Positions 39,247-49,334 are shown, numbered from the stretch's first letter. The stretch is DNA of 58,088 nt from Candidatus Desulfatibia profunda (GCA_014382665.1 JACNJH010000207.1:1-58088); one strand, 5' to 3'. The notes: a model not told the origin generated them from the letters alone. Translations and numbers: made by a program.

Positions 39247-39261
39247 ACGGCTGACGAATAT

Positions 39262-39308
39262 TTGAAATCAAAAGGGGCATCTAAAAAAGATGCCCCTTTT
39301 GATTTCAA
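39262..39308. terminator. bidirectional intrinsic terminator
   Basis: perfect IR TTGAAATCAAAAGGGGCATC / GATGCCCCTTTTGATTTCAA between convergent genes. Confidence 0.85.
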
Positions 39309-39331
39309 GGCCTGCAAGCTTAACATACCAT

Positions 39332-39433
39332 TTATTTAGTTTCTTTTTTTTGTTTTTTCTTTTTGGGACGGGTTTTGCCGTGGCTGCCTCTTGCGATTTT
39401 GCCGCGTTTTGTCCTCAAGTCGCCTTTTCCCAT
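39332..39433 (-). CDS. 30S ribosomal protein bTHX family, 33 aa (not in ORF track)
   Basis: MGKGDLRTKRGKIARGSHGKTRPKKKKQKKETK with AGGAGG RBS; matches the GKGDxxTxRGKIxRGxxGKxRP pattern. Confidence 0.85.
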   Translation of the reverse strand: MGKGDLRTKRGKIARGSHGKTRPKKKKQKKETK

Positions 39434-39507
39434 TTAAAAACCTCCTGTTTGTCATTCGTTTATCATTTATAAACTGTAAGCGCAAGTACTGACGCCTCCA
39501 AGCCTCT

Positions 39508-40521
39508 TTACAGTCCGACCCCATGGATCCAGGCACCGCAATGGCTGCATCGATGGTCCTTGATCAGGTTTTGCCTGACGTGAAATTCCCACCTGTCGAT
39601 GAGGATATGGCCGCACTGGTAACAAAATGTTTTTTCCCCGGTCTCGCCCGGAACATTTCCAAGATAAACATATTTTAATCCTGCTTTGATACCGATTTCT
39701 CTGGCAGCCAAAAGGGTTCCGAGCGGAGTAGAAGGCCGATCCGTCAACTTGTAAGTGGGATGAAACCGGCTGATATGCCAGGGTGTTTCACTGCCCAGAT
39801 CGTTCACCAAAAAGGCGGCCAGCGCTTCAAGCTCCTTTTTATCATCGTTTAACCCCGGAATCAGCAAGGTGGTAATCTCCACAAAAATGTCCAAAGATTT
39901 CATAAGTTTTAAAGCTTCCTTGACATGCTCCAGCTTGGCTCCACAATAGGTTTTGTAGAAATCCGGGGTAAAGCCTTTCAAGTCGACATTGGCGGCATCA
40001 AGATAGGGACTTATCATGCGCAAAGCTTCAGCGGTCATGTATCCGTTGGTTACAAAAACATTCCGGATTTCCTTTTGGTTGGCAAGCTTTGCGGTTTCAA
40101 AAGCAAATTCGAAAAATACGGTCGGCTCGGTATAGGTATAGGCGATACTTTGGCAGCCGGTTTTTAGGGCCTGATTGACAACCTCTTCCGGGGTACAGTC
40201 TTTGCCCATAATCAGCCCCTTATGATCAGCAGGCATTTGGGCGATATCGGCGTTCTGGCAAAACAGGCACCTGAAGTTGCAACCGACGGTGGCGATGGAG
40301 TAGGAAAGACTTCCCGGATACAGGTGATATAGCGGCTTTTTTTCAATGGGATCTACGGCTTGAGAAATTAGCCTTCCATAAACCAGTGTTTTCAATGTTC
40401 CTTCCTGGTTTTCGCGGACATTGCATATGCCACGCCCGCCCTCCTTGATGACACAGCGGTGGTTGCAAAGATTACATTTTACCTTCTGATCCCCCAAAGA
40501 TTCATAAAGATAAGCTTCCAC
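39508..40521 (-). CDS. amrS: AmmeMemoRadiSam radical SAM enzyme
   Basis: CNLCNHRC, GICNVR, DPIEKKPLYH, CNFRCLFC, HISRFHP. Confidence 0.9.
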   Translation of the reverse strand: MEAYLYESLGDQKVKCNLCNHRCVIKEGGRGICNVRENQEGTLKTLVYGRLISQAVDPIEKKPLYHLYPGSLSYSIATVGCNFRCLFCQNADIAQMPADHKGLIMGKDCTPEEVVNQALKTGCQSIAYTYTEPTVFFEFAFETAKLANQKEIRNVFVTNGYMTAEALRMISPYLDAANVDLKGFTPDFYKTYCGAKLEHVKEALKLMKSLDIFVEITTLLIPGLNDDKKELEALAAFLVNDLGSETPWHISRFHPTYKLTDRPSTPLGTLLAAREIGIKAGLKYVYLGNVPGETGEKTFCYQCGHILIDRWEFHVRQNLIKDHRCSHCGAWIHGVGL

Positions 40522-40545
40522 AATTAGGTCTCCTGGATCCAGGTC

Positions 40546-40625
40546 GAAAGCTCAAAGCTAAAAGCAGGTAAGAGTTCAGATACTTGCTTATGATTTGAGC
40601 TTTCGGCATTGAACATTGAGCTTTC
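40546..40625. repeat. heptamer-repeat palindrome
   Basis: GAAAGCT/CAAAGCT/AAAAGCA facing TGAGCTT...TGAACAT/TGAGCTT. Confidence 0.55.
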
Positions 40626-41372
40626 CTATCCTACCATAGCACCGGTCGAAGGTTTGGCACGGCAAGGGATCGGCAGAGGTCTGGTTCTAAAGCGGGGAAC
40701 AAGGGTTACCACCATGCCGGCAAAAGCTCCGAAAGGACAGCGTTGGGCCAGATGGGATCGTTCTATCCGGTATGCGAATTCACCAGAAACAGAGGGCAAC
40801 TGACAAACGGTTCTCCAGGATATGGGCGGATCTCCCAAAATGGACCGGATATTTTTTTTCAGTTCCCAGATACTGAAAAAATGGGCGTGGTTGTAAATGG
40901 TTTCAACAAACAAACCTTTAACTCGCCGCTGAATTCCTTTGATCGCATAGCGGTTCAAGAATCCCAAAAACAGTTTGTCTTTGGCAACCCGGCAGGCTTC
41001 TTCAAGCGCTTTTTGAGGAGCTTCAACAAATTCCAGGGTGGTAACGAGGCAGGCATGGTTAAACGAATTGTCATCAAACGGAAGGTCTTCGGCAAATCCG
41101 CGGTGCAGATCTGCGCGATTACCCAAGTTCTTTTTAGCGATGGCCAGCATATATGGTGACGGATCGATACCTGTCGCCTGAAGCCCTATTTCCAGGAAGG
41201 GGAGAAGGCTTACACCGGTCCCGCAACCGATATCGAGTACGGTTTCTCTCTTTTTCGGCTGGAGCATGTCGATCATCAGACGGCTTTCGAGGTCGGCCGC
41301 AAATCTATTGTCCGGCAGTTCGTACCATTCCTCGCAAGCCTTGGCGTCATTGAAATCGAATACATAGCCCAT
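40626..41372 (-). CDS. class I SAM-dependent methyltransferase
   Basis: VLDIGCGTG, AEDLPFDDNSF, LEFV; likely start 41372. Confidence 0.85.
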   Translation of the reverse strand: MGYVFDFNDAKACEEWYELPDNRFAADLESRLMIDMLQPKKRETVLDIGCGTGVSLLPFLEIGLQATGIDPSPYMLAIAKKNLGNRADLHRGFAEDLPFDDNSFNHACLVTTLEFVEAPQKALEEACRVAKDKLFLGFLNRYAIKGIQRRVKGLFVETIYNHAHFFSIWELKKNIRSILGDPPISWRTVCQLPSVSGEFAYRIERSHLAQRCPFGAFAGMVVTLVPRFRTRPLPIPCRAKPSTGAMVG

Positions 41373-41417
41373 GCATGCTAATTTAGAGGAAAAAACCGGT
41401 TTTATCAAGGGGAAAAC

Positions 41418-42341
41418 TCAGTTAAGGATGTATTTTGTGGGATTGACCGGGATGCCTTTTAGGTAAACCTCATAATGCAGATGGGGTCCGGTACTACGAC
41501 CTGTATTGCCAAGCAGGGCAATCGTTTCCCCTCTTTTTACCGTTTCGCCGTTTTTCTTTAAGGCCTTTTGAATATGAGCATACCGGGTAACGATCCCATG
41601 GTTGTGGTCGATTACAATAAAATTGCCCCGGAAAATATTGGCACCGGTAAACGCTACGATTCCATCCGCCGGAGCAACAACCGGTGCACCCTCAAGATTT
41701 GCAATATCTAATCCCTTATGAAATTCGCGCACGCCGGTATACGGTGATAGGCGGTAGCCAAATTGTGATGTTATCCACCCCTTGGCCGGGCAGATGGTAG
41801 GGGTGGAGTAAAAAAGATCTCGTTTTTCTACAAGATATTTTAAAAGAAAGTCAAACCGTTTTACCTGATTGGTTGAAACAAGCTCAAGCTGCGGCGTCTG
41901 TATATGCATTTCGCGAAGCAAACTGTTATGTTTGCTCGTGAGCGGAATTTGGGTGTCGAGATCTTCAGGGACCGAACCACCCACACCAAAGAGCTCCTCT
42001 TGGCCGGCGGGCGTGTCAATATTGGCAATGATTCTTATCGTATTTTCAAAATCATTCAAGGCCGACAACTTAGACTTTAGCGTGTTGATCTCATCTGCAA
42101 AGAATTGAATCTGCCTGCGCTGGTTGATGATTTCGCCAAGTTGCTCGGTATTTTTTTTATTATATTTTTGGTTCGTAATAAAGTTTTTCTTGAAATGATA
42201 GTAATCGGAAACAGCGAAAGCCAAAACTATCAGGCAAGTCATAAAACAGAGGCTCATAGACCGAAAAAAGGACCTTGAGACGGTGACCTGCTTTATTGAG
42301 CCTGTATTGTTTAAAATTATAAAGGAAATCGTCTCGCGCAT
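41418..42341 (-). CDS. M23 family peptidase with N-terminal anchor and coiled coil
   Basis: FHKGLD, TRYAH, STGPHLHYEV; likely start 42341. Confidence 0.88.
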   Translation of the reverse strand: MRETISFIILNNTGSIKQVTVSRSFFRSMSLCFMTCLIVLAFAVSDYYHFKKNFITNQKYNKKNTEQLGEIINQRRQIQFFADEINTLKSKLSALNDFENTIRIIANIDTPAGQEELFGVGGSVPEDLDTQIPLTSKHNSLLREMHIQTPQLELVSTNQVKRFDFLLKYLVEKRDLFYSTPTICPAKGWITSQFGYRLSPYTGVREFHKGLDIANLEGAPVVAPADGIVAFTGANIFRGNFIVIDHNHGIVTRYAHIQKALKKNGETVKRGETIALLGNTGRSTGPHLHYEVYLKGIPVNPTKYILN

Positions 42342-42628
42342 TTTTACCAAACTCCAATCAAACCAAAAGTATTTGTCCTGTATTTGCAAAAAGCATGCAA
42401 AAGATGGAAATTTCTTTGCAAACAGCAATATAATATATAAATTACAAGATGTTAGAACAATCTTTTTGGCTGCCGAAGTATCAAGGCTTTGCGGCAACTA
42501 TTTGACACTTATGGAATTTTCATTTTGAGAATCAGTATAGAAAGCAAAAGGGGAGAAAGGGAATATGCGGCAGCCCCTTTAAGGGGGCCTTGCTCATGCC
42601 AGGCCTTATGGGCGTGATCTCTGATGCT

Positions 42629-44128
42629 TTACAGCTCTTCGATTTTTGCGGTGTCACTTTTTTCCGGAGTTGGGCGCTTCTTTTTGTGCCGGGATCTTTT
42701 TTTCTTCTTTTTGGGGCCACCTGGAATCGTATGTGTATCGGATTCGGCCGCGGCGTTCAACTCCGGGCCAAAACCGAATAAACTTCCGGGAAAGGAACCC
42801 GCTTCGGTTTTTGGGGAACTCTTCGGGCTCATGGAGCATTTTTCTTCGCGTTTGGGTTCCCGTTTCCGAAAAGGTTTTCTCCCTCTGCCTTTTCTCGCGA
42901 ATGGGACCAGCTTTGACTTATCTTTGGCAACCCATTCGTCTTCGGGCCAAATTACCGGAATTTTGAAGCCCAGCATTTCCTCGAGCGGTTCGAGATGAAA
43001 GACATATTTCTCACAGGCCAATGAAAGTGCTCGCCCGGTCTTTCCCGCTCTGGCGGTCCGTCCGATCCGGTGGATATAGTTTTCGACATCCTGCGGGAGG
43101 TCATAGTTGATAACGTGGCTGATGTCCTCAACATGGATACCTCGCGAAGCCACGTCCGTAGCCACCAGTATTTTGATTCGGCCGTTTTTGAACAACTCCA
43201 TGAGCCTGAAACGTTTGCGCTGGGGCAGGTCACCGGTGATGCCCTCGGCCGGCCAGCCGTTGTCCTTGAGTTTGCGGGCAAGCCATATTACGCCGGCCTT
43301 GGTATTGACAAAGATCAGAATCCGGTTCCAGTCTTCCCTTTCCAGCAGTCCCAGAAGCAGAGGCAACTTATTTTCGGAGTCGATGTGAAACAGGAACTGC
43401 TCAATTCCCTCAACCGTAATTTCCTCGGGAGTAACGGATATAAATTCGGGCAGGTTCATGTATTCATAGGTCAGTTCCAGGACGCGGTAGGAAAGTGTTG
43501 CTGAAAAAAGCATGGATTGTCTTTTCTCATAATGGGGAAGCTTGCGCAAAATATAGCGCATATCCTTTGAGAAACCAAGGTCCAGAAGACGGTCGGCCTC
43601 ATCGATGACTACGATGTTGATGCCTGATGCTTTGAAAATGCCCTGTTTGAAGTAATCGATAATCCGGCCGGGTGTGCAGATGACGATGTCCGTACCCTGC
43701 CGAAGGATTTCGGCCTGCTTGCGGTAATCAACGCCGCCTAAGACATTTGCCAGGGTCAGGCCGGTATGGCGGCCGATGCTTGCGGCTTCCTCGTAAATCT
43801 GGAGGGCCAGTTCCCGCGTGGGGGCCACAATGAGGGCCGACGGCAGCCCGGCGTTTTGATGGGGTAATGCCAAAAGCCTGGTAAAAACGGTCACCAGAAA
43901 AGCGGCCGTCTTTCCTGTGCCGGTCTGGGCCTGGCCCGCAATATCACGGCCCGTGAGGGAAACCGGCAGTACCTGGGCCTGAATCGGGGTGCAGTATGTA
44001 AAACCGGTATCCCTTAATCCGTTCAGGATTTCTACCGGAAGGTTGAACTCATCGAATTTCGTCCGGGTCAAAAAGTTTGGTTTATCCCGGCGTTGAGTAA
44101 GTTCTGGTGATTCTGTTTCATTCATCAT
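42629..44128 (-). CDS. DEAD-box RNA helicase (RhlB-like)
   Basis: AQTGTGKT, PTRELA, DEAD, SAT, HRIGRTAR; basic C-tail; likely start 44128. Confidence 0.92.
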   Translation of the reverse strand: MMNETESPELTQRRDKPNFLTRTKFDEFNLPVEILNGLRDTGFTYCTPIQAQVLPVSLTGRDIAGQAQTGTGKTAAFLVTVFTRLLALPHQNAGLPSALIVAPTRELALQIYEEAASIGRHTGLTLANVLGGVDYRKQAEILRQGTDIVICTPGRIIDYFKQGIFKASGINIVVIDEADRLLDLGFSKDMRYILRKLPHYEKRQSMLFSATLSYRVLELTYEYMNLPEFISVTPEEITVEGIEQFLFHIDSENKLPLLLGLLEREDWNRILIFVNTKAGVIWLARKLKDNGWPAEGITGDLPQRKRFRLMELFKNGRIKILVATDVASRGIHVEDISHVINYDLPQDVENYIHRIGRTARAGKTGRALSLACEKYVFHLEPLEEMLGFKIPVIWPEDEWVAKDKSKLVPFARKGRGRKPFRKREPKREEKCSMSPKSSPKTEAGSFPGSLFGFGPELNAAAESDTHTIPGGPKKKKKRSRHKKKRPTPEKSDTAKIEEL

Positions 44129-44569
44129 GATAAAGTAATTATACGCGTTTACATTTATTTTGCAAGCAGCTATATCGACATTGTGATTTGCCCCGGCCGG
44201 CTGCTCGAACTCGGCTGCTCTAAAAAGCCGACATGGGCTGGATGAAAGCAATGGCATCCTGCTGACAGAGGCACCCCAAATATTTATTCACACCCGATTG
44301 GCTGTTTCCAAAAAGGCTGAACTCCGTGTCTGTTCCATTTTCAACTTGAGAAATATCAGTTCCTATTTATAAAAATGAGAATTCAGAATACTTATTTTTA
44401 TATTTGCTATTTTTTCAAGTAGTTGCTTTCAATTATAGACCCTGATAAACCATAACCCGCTAATTGTCGCAAAAAATCGGATCTGTCAGTTCCGATTATA
44501 ATACGGACGGACGAGCATTTATGTGCGCAACCATCTAAAATAACTGAAAAATATATCATCACCATGTTT

Positions 44570-44585
44570 TGGCATAGCTTTTGCT
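44570..44585 (+). promoter_or_regulatory. sigma54 promoter upstream of the KamA cluster
   Basis: TGGCATAGCTTTTGCT: GG-N10-GC with consensus flanks. Confidence 0.75.
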
Positions 44586-44696
44586 GTTTCGCTCACTATA
44601 AAGGTTGAAAACAGCCTTTAATTTTAAAAATCTCAAATCTTAAAGTGGGCAGATGATATTTTTAATTTAACGCCTTTTTTAAAAGAGGAGAAAAAG

Positions 44697-45983
44697 ATGC
44701 GATCCGCAAAAAATGTTAGCACCCCATCAGCCCGATTGATACCGGAGAATGAAGAAGAACCTCCGGGTAGTATAAGTCCCGCCGCAAGGACCTCGCCTGC
44801 CAAAGTCTTGTTTTTTGAACCCTCGATCATATCGCGTGCCAAGTCATTTAAAAAACAGAATAGCATAACATCGGCTTTTCGCCGAAAATTTTTTCCAATG
44901 GTTTCAGATAAACAGTGGAATGACTGGCACTGGCAGGTCATAAACAGAATTTGCAGGCCGGATCAACTAGGGCGGTTTCTCAACCTTTCGCAGGCAGAAC
45001 AAAATGCATTCAAGCACTCAAGAAAATTGCCGTTGAGCATTACGCCTTATTACATGAGCCTATTGAATTCTAACGATCCCGATCAGCCCCTTCGCCGGTC
45101 GGTCGTTCCCACCGAGCACGAATTTTCTAAAATGCCGGAAGAAGAAGATGATCCCCTGGGTGAAGAAAGCCAGAGCCCTTTGCCGGGGCTGGTACACCGT
45201 TATCCGGACCGCGTTCTCCTGCTGGTGCTCGACTTTTGTACAACTTATTGCCGTTATTGTACGCGCTCTCGTTTGGTGGGCAAAGGTGCGATTCTTCCCA
45301 GTCAGAGCCGTCTGGAGCGGGCCATTGAATATATTCGCAACACACCCTCGATCCGCGACGTGCTTCTTTCGGGAGGGGACCCGCTGACGTTGAGCGACCG
45401 GAAATTAGACTGGCTTTTGGCGCGCCTTCGAGAAATTCCACATGTGGAAATCATTCGCATCGGCACCAAAATTCCGGCCGTGCTGCCCCAGCGCATCACC
45501 CCTCAGCTTGTTCGGGTTTTCAAGAAATATCACCCCTTGTGGATGAGCCTCCACTTTACCCATCCCGAGGAGTGTACCCCGGAAGCTTACCGGGCCTGCG
45601 GCATGCTGGCGGACGGAGGTATTCCTTTAGGGTCGCAAACCGTGCTTCTCAATGGTATTAATAATAATGTGGATACAATGAAAGCCCTCGTACATCATCT
45701 CATGAAGATGCGCGTCCGGCCTTATTATTTGTATCAGTGTGACCCGATTTCAGGATCGCGTCATTTTCGAACCAGCGTCGAAAACGGTTTGGAAATCATT
45801 CGAGGACTGCGAGGGCATACCAGCGGTTACGCGGTTCCCAATTATGTCATTGATGCGCCTAAAGGCGGCGGCAAGATACCGGTGATGCCGGATTATGTCG
45901 TCGGCTATCAGGGCAATGAGCTTATTTTAAGAAATTATGAAAACAAAGAGTTTCGATATACGGATTCGGCATGTCGTGTCTAG
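44697..45983 (+). CDS. KamA-family radical SAM aminomutase
   Basis: LVHRYPDR, CTTYCRYC, LSGGDPL, YYLYQCD, GGGKIP. Confidence 0.92.
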   Translation: MRSAKNVSTPSARLIPENEEEPPGSISPAARTSPAKVLFFEPSIISRAKSFKKQNSITSAFRRKFFPMVSDKQWNDWHWQVINRICRPDQLGRFLNLSQAEQNAFKHSRKLPLSITPYYMSLLNSNDPDQPLRRSVVPTEHEFSKMPEEEDDPLGEESQSPLPGLVHRYPDRVLLLVLDFCTTYCRYCTRSRLVGKGAILPSQSRLERAIEYIRNTPSIRDVLLSGGDPLTLSDRKLDWLLARLREIPHVEIIRIGTKIPAVLPQRITPQLVRVFKKYHPLWMSLHFTHPEECTPEAYRACGMLADGGIPLGSQTVLLNGINNNVDTMKALVHHLMKMRVRPYYLYQCDPISGSRHFRTSVENGLEIIRGLRGHTSGYAVPNYVIDAPKGGGKIPVMPDYVVGYQGNELILRNYENKEFRYTDSACRV

Positions 45984-46016
45984 CGATTCAGCATGCCGTG
46001 AGGTGCGAAAACCATT

Positions 46017-46502
46017 ATGGGTACCACAAAAAATTTATGCGCGGACTGCTCCAGCCATCAAAAAACGTGCTGTCAGGAAAGGGACATCTATCTTACACCC
46101 GGAGATTTAAAACGAATACAAGAATATGTCAGAAATGAAAATTTCTATGAATTTCGCATTCCTTCAGATCCATCATACCTGGCAGTCACTGATGATCCGA
46201 TGTGGAAAGAACATGTCTTCAGGTTAGACAATACTCGTCGCGTATTAAAACAGGACCCGGTCGGAAACTGTATCTTTCTATCTCCAAACGGCTGCATCAT
46301 GTCGATAAATGAGCGGCCCCTTGTGTGTCGCCTCCATCCTTATGAGTACAATGCGGATGGATTATGTGAAAGGCTGGTTCCGGAGTGCCCGGTGTATTTG
46401 CTCGAATCGGGAATAACCCTTCAGGATGCGATAGGGTTAAATCCTGACCAGGCATTGCAGTGGCACTATCTGCTGTATTCAGAAATTCTTATGGAGCACT
46501 AA
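46017..46502 (+). CDS. YkgJ-like Cys-cluster (Zn/Fe-chelating) protein
   Basis: CADC...CC, CIFL...GC, RPLVCRLHP. Confidence 0.8.
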   Translation: MGTTKNLCADCSSHQKTCCQERDIYLTPGDLKRIQEYVRNENFYEFRIPSDPSYLAVTDDPMWKEHVFRLDNTRRVLKQDPVGNCIFLSPNGCIMSINERPLVCRLHPYEYNADGLCERLVPECPVYLLESGITLQDAIGLNPDQALQWHYLLYSEILMEH

Positions 46503-46506
46503 AACC

Positions 46507-47493
46507 ATGCGAATCGGGCTCACATATGATTTGCGGTCTGAATATCTTGCATTGGGATATAGCGAGGAAGAAACCGCCGAATTTGATCGTGACGACACCA
46601 TCTTTGCGATTGAGAACGCGTTAGAAACACTGGGCCACATACCCGTACGGATCGGAAATGTACGCAAGCTGATCGAATATCTATCCCGCGGCGAACGTTG
46701 GGATCTTGTGTTTAACATTGCCGAGGGGTTGAACGGCGTTTCCCGTGAAGCACAGATTCCTGCCATTTTAGATGTTTATGGAATTCCCTATACGTTTTCC
46801 GACCCGCTGGTGATGGCGCTGACGCTTCACAAGGGAATGACCAAACACATTATTCGAGACCATGGTTATCGAACCTCGGTTTTTTGTGTTATTGAGCACC
46901 CTGAGGAAGTGTCGGACATTTCTTTTGCCCCCCCTTTTTTCGTTAAGCCGGTAAGAGAAGGGACCGGCAAAGGGATTTCACCGGCATCTATTATCCAGGA
47001 GCCTGAAATGCTGCCAAGGGCCTGTGAAACCCTTATTGTTGCATATAAGCAGCCGGTTCTGGTGGAGCAATTTTTACCGGGCCGGGAATTTACCGTCGGC
47101 ATCCTCGGAACAGGCAGAGATGCTAAAGCGTTGGGGACGCTTGAGATTGTGCTGCTGGAGGGCGCCGAGACGAATGTTTATTCCTATGTGAACAAGGAAT
47201 ATTGCGAGGAGCTTGTGGAATACCCTCTGGTTTTGCCGGATAACGACAAACAGGTTCGGGAAGCGGAAGAGCTTGCGCTGGCATGCTGGCAGGCTCTTGG
47301 ATGTCGCGATGGCGGAAGGGTGGACCTGCGCTGCGACGCAAACGGAGATCCTTGCTTTCTCGAAGTAAATCCTCTGGCCGGGCTGCATCCCGAACATTCC
47401 GATTTGCCGATTCTCTGCAACCGCCTTGGTATACCCTACCTGGAGTTGATTGACCGGATTCTTTCGTCTGCCGCCACCCGGATACAGATGTGA
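46507..47493 (+). CDS. D-Ala-D-Ala-ligase-like ATP-grasp enzyme
   Basis: FVKPVREGTGKG, EQFLPGREFTV, RVDLR, EVNPLAG. Confidence 0.88.
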   Translation: MRIGLTYDLRSEYLALGYSEEETAEFDRDDTIFAIENALETLGHIPVRIGNVRKLIEYLSRGERWDLVFNIAEGLNGVSREAQIPAILDVYGIPYTFSDPLVMALTLHKGMTKHIIRDHGYRTSVFCVIEHPEEVSDISFAPPFFVKPVREGTGKGISPASIIQEPEMLPRACETLIVAYKQPVLVEQFLPGREFTVGILGTGRDAKALGTLEIVLLEGAETNVYSYVNKEYCEELVEYPLVLPDNDKQVREAEELALACWQALGCRDGGRVDLRCDANGDPCFLEVNPLAGLHPEHSDLPILCNRLGIPYLELIDRILSSAATRIQM

Positions 47494-47510
47494 AAAGGCG
47501 GGGCAACAGG

Positions 47511-47654
47511 AGAGACCTTTGCAAAACGCCCCCTTTTGCCCAATTTCTGCGTCAGACTCAGATTTTAATCCTCGAAATACTCTATGTATTCCTGTGGCTA
47601 AAATCTTCGTCTTCCTTGAACTTGAACAAAATTGAACATTTTTCAAAGGTCTCT
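47511..47654. mobile_element. 144-bp MITE inside the KamA operon
   Basis: TIRs AGAGACCTTTGCAAAA / TTTTCAAAGGTCTCT; AGG on both flanks; internal hairpin. Confidence 0.7.
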
Positions 47655-47666
47655 AGGAGCTAAGCG

Positions 47667-49241
47667 GTGCGTGTCGCTATTCTTCTCAATGCAGTCACAG
47701 ATAAAAGCACTCCGGACGAACAAGATGTCATTGTTCAGGCTGAGTCTGTTTCGGCCGCGCTGCTCCAGCTCGGCCATACACCTGAACTTCTGTCCTGTGA
47801 CCTGGATCTGGCATCCTTGCGGCAAAGGCTTGAAAACATACAACCGGATGTTGTTTTTAATCTGGTGGAATCTTTGGAAGGCAAGGGAAAATTAATTCAT
47901 CTGGTGCCGTCGTTGCTGGATGTCATGGGAATCCCCTACACCGGCTCTGCGAGCGAATCCATCTACTTATCTTCTCATAAGGTGATGGCCAAAGAAAAGA
48001 TGTTGTCATCCAATCTGCCGACCCCTGACTGGATCGGACCCTACCCTTCAGAGCATACATCACACTGCGGCTTAAAAAGCACCTCCAAAAGAAGCAAAGA
48101 AACCATCTGGATCATTAAATCCGTATGGGAACATGCATCCATCGGCCTGGATGACAATGCCCTGATAACCGTTGAAAACGATAATGCCCTGACCGATCAT
48201 ATCAAAGAGCGATATTTTCATTTTGGCGGTGCCTGCTTTGCCGAACAGTATATTGAAGGACGGGAGTTTAACCTTTCGCTGCTGGCGGGCCCGGACGGTC
48301 CCGAGGTCTTGCCGCCGGCGGAAATTCTGTTTGAAGGGTACCCGGAGAATAAGCCCAGAATTGTAGGGTACAGTGCCAAATGGGATGATCGATCGTTTGA
48401 CTATCATCATACCCCCCGGCGTTTCGATTTTCCTCACGGCGACGGACCACTTTTGGCAAAACTTGAGGACATGGCACTTCGCTGCTGGCGGCTGTTCGGG
48501 CTTGGAGGATATGCGCGCGTCGATTTTCGCGTTGATAACGATAAAAACCCCTGGATTTTGGAGGTGAACACCAATCCGTGCCTTTCTCCGGATGCGGGTT
48601 TTGCGGCTGCGCTCAACCGGTTGGGAATGAGTATCATCCATGCCGTCAGGCGGATTCTGGACGATGCTTTCAGAAATAGAACCAAGGATTCGGCCGGGGC
48701 GGTCAGGCCGCAATCGTTCGATTCCGTTATCCTGACTTCTGAAAAAGAATCCACGACATCCGGCGTCTTTTTCCGTTATGCCGTCACCCCCGAGGATACC
48801 CAAAATGTCCGCCAACTGACGTCGGCAACCGGTTTTTTCAGCGAACCGGAAGTCGAAGTTGCCGTTGAACTCGTTGAGGAGCGGTTGGCAAAAGGCACGG
48901 CAAGCGGTTATTACTTTGTTTTTGTAGATCGAGAAAATCGGTTGGCCGGCTATGCTTGCTACGGACCGATTCCGTGCACAGTGTCCGGCTATGATCTTTA
49001 TTGGATTGCCGTGCATCCGGAGTTTCAAAAAAAAGGACTGGGCAGAACGATATTCAACGAAACCGAAAGATTGATTCGTGAAGCCGGCGGAACGCGGATA
49101 TATGCCGATACATCCCAAAAGCCACAATATGACGACACGCGTGCATTTTACGATCGTTGTGGATTTGATATTGCGGCCGTGCTCGAAGATTTTTTTGATC
49201 GCGGCGACGGCAAGGTGATTTACGCCAAAAGCATAGCCTAA
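47667..49241 (+). CDS. ATP-grasp ligase fused to a GNAT acetyltransferase
   Basis: IKSVWEHASIG, EQYIEGREF, EVNTNP, then YWIAVHPEFQKKGLG and FYDRCGF. Confidence 0.88.
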   Translation: MRVAILLNAVTDKSTPDEQDVIVQAESVSAALLQLGHTPELLSCDLDLASLRQRLENIQPDVVFNLVESLEGKGKLIHLVPSLLDVMGIPYTGSASESIYLSSHKVMAKEKMLSSNLPTPDWIGPYPSEHTSHCGLKSTSKRSKETIWIIKSVWEHASIGLDDNALITVENDNALTDHIKERYFHFGGACFAEQYIEGREFNLSLLAGPDGPEVLPPAEILFEGYPENKPRIVGYSAKWDDRSFDYHHTPRRFDFPHGDGPLLAKLEDMALRCWRLFGLGGYARVDFRVDNDKNPWILEVNTNPCLSPDAGFAAALNRLGMSIIHAVRRILDDAFRNRTKDSAGAVRPQSFDSVILTSEKESTTSGVFFRYAVTPEDTQNVRQLTSATGFFSEPEVEVAVELVEERLAKGTASGYYFVFVDRENRLAGYACYGPIPCTVSGYDLYWIAVHPEFQKKGLGRTIFNETERLIREAGGTRIYADTSQKPQYDDTRAFYDRCGFDIAAVLEDFFDRGDGKVIYAKSIA

Positions 49242-49334
49242 AGTTGTATCAAACCTGGAAACTGCCGCTATTACCCCTTTGACCAATCCTCTGTTGCCTG
49301 TTATGCTTTATCGGTTCTCAATATTCCGTTCCGA

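Noticed and set aside
46507-49241. housekeeping ddl genes for peptidoglycan
   Set aside because: Paired, GNAT-fused, in a sigma54 KamA operon away from mur/fts genes, and lacking the usual N-terminal GGxSxE motif.
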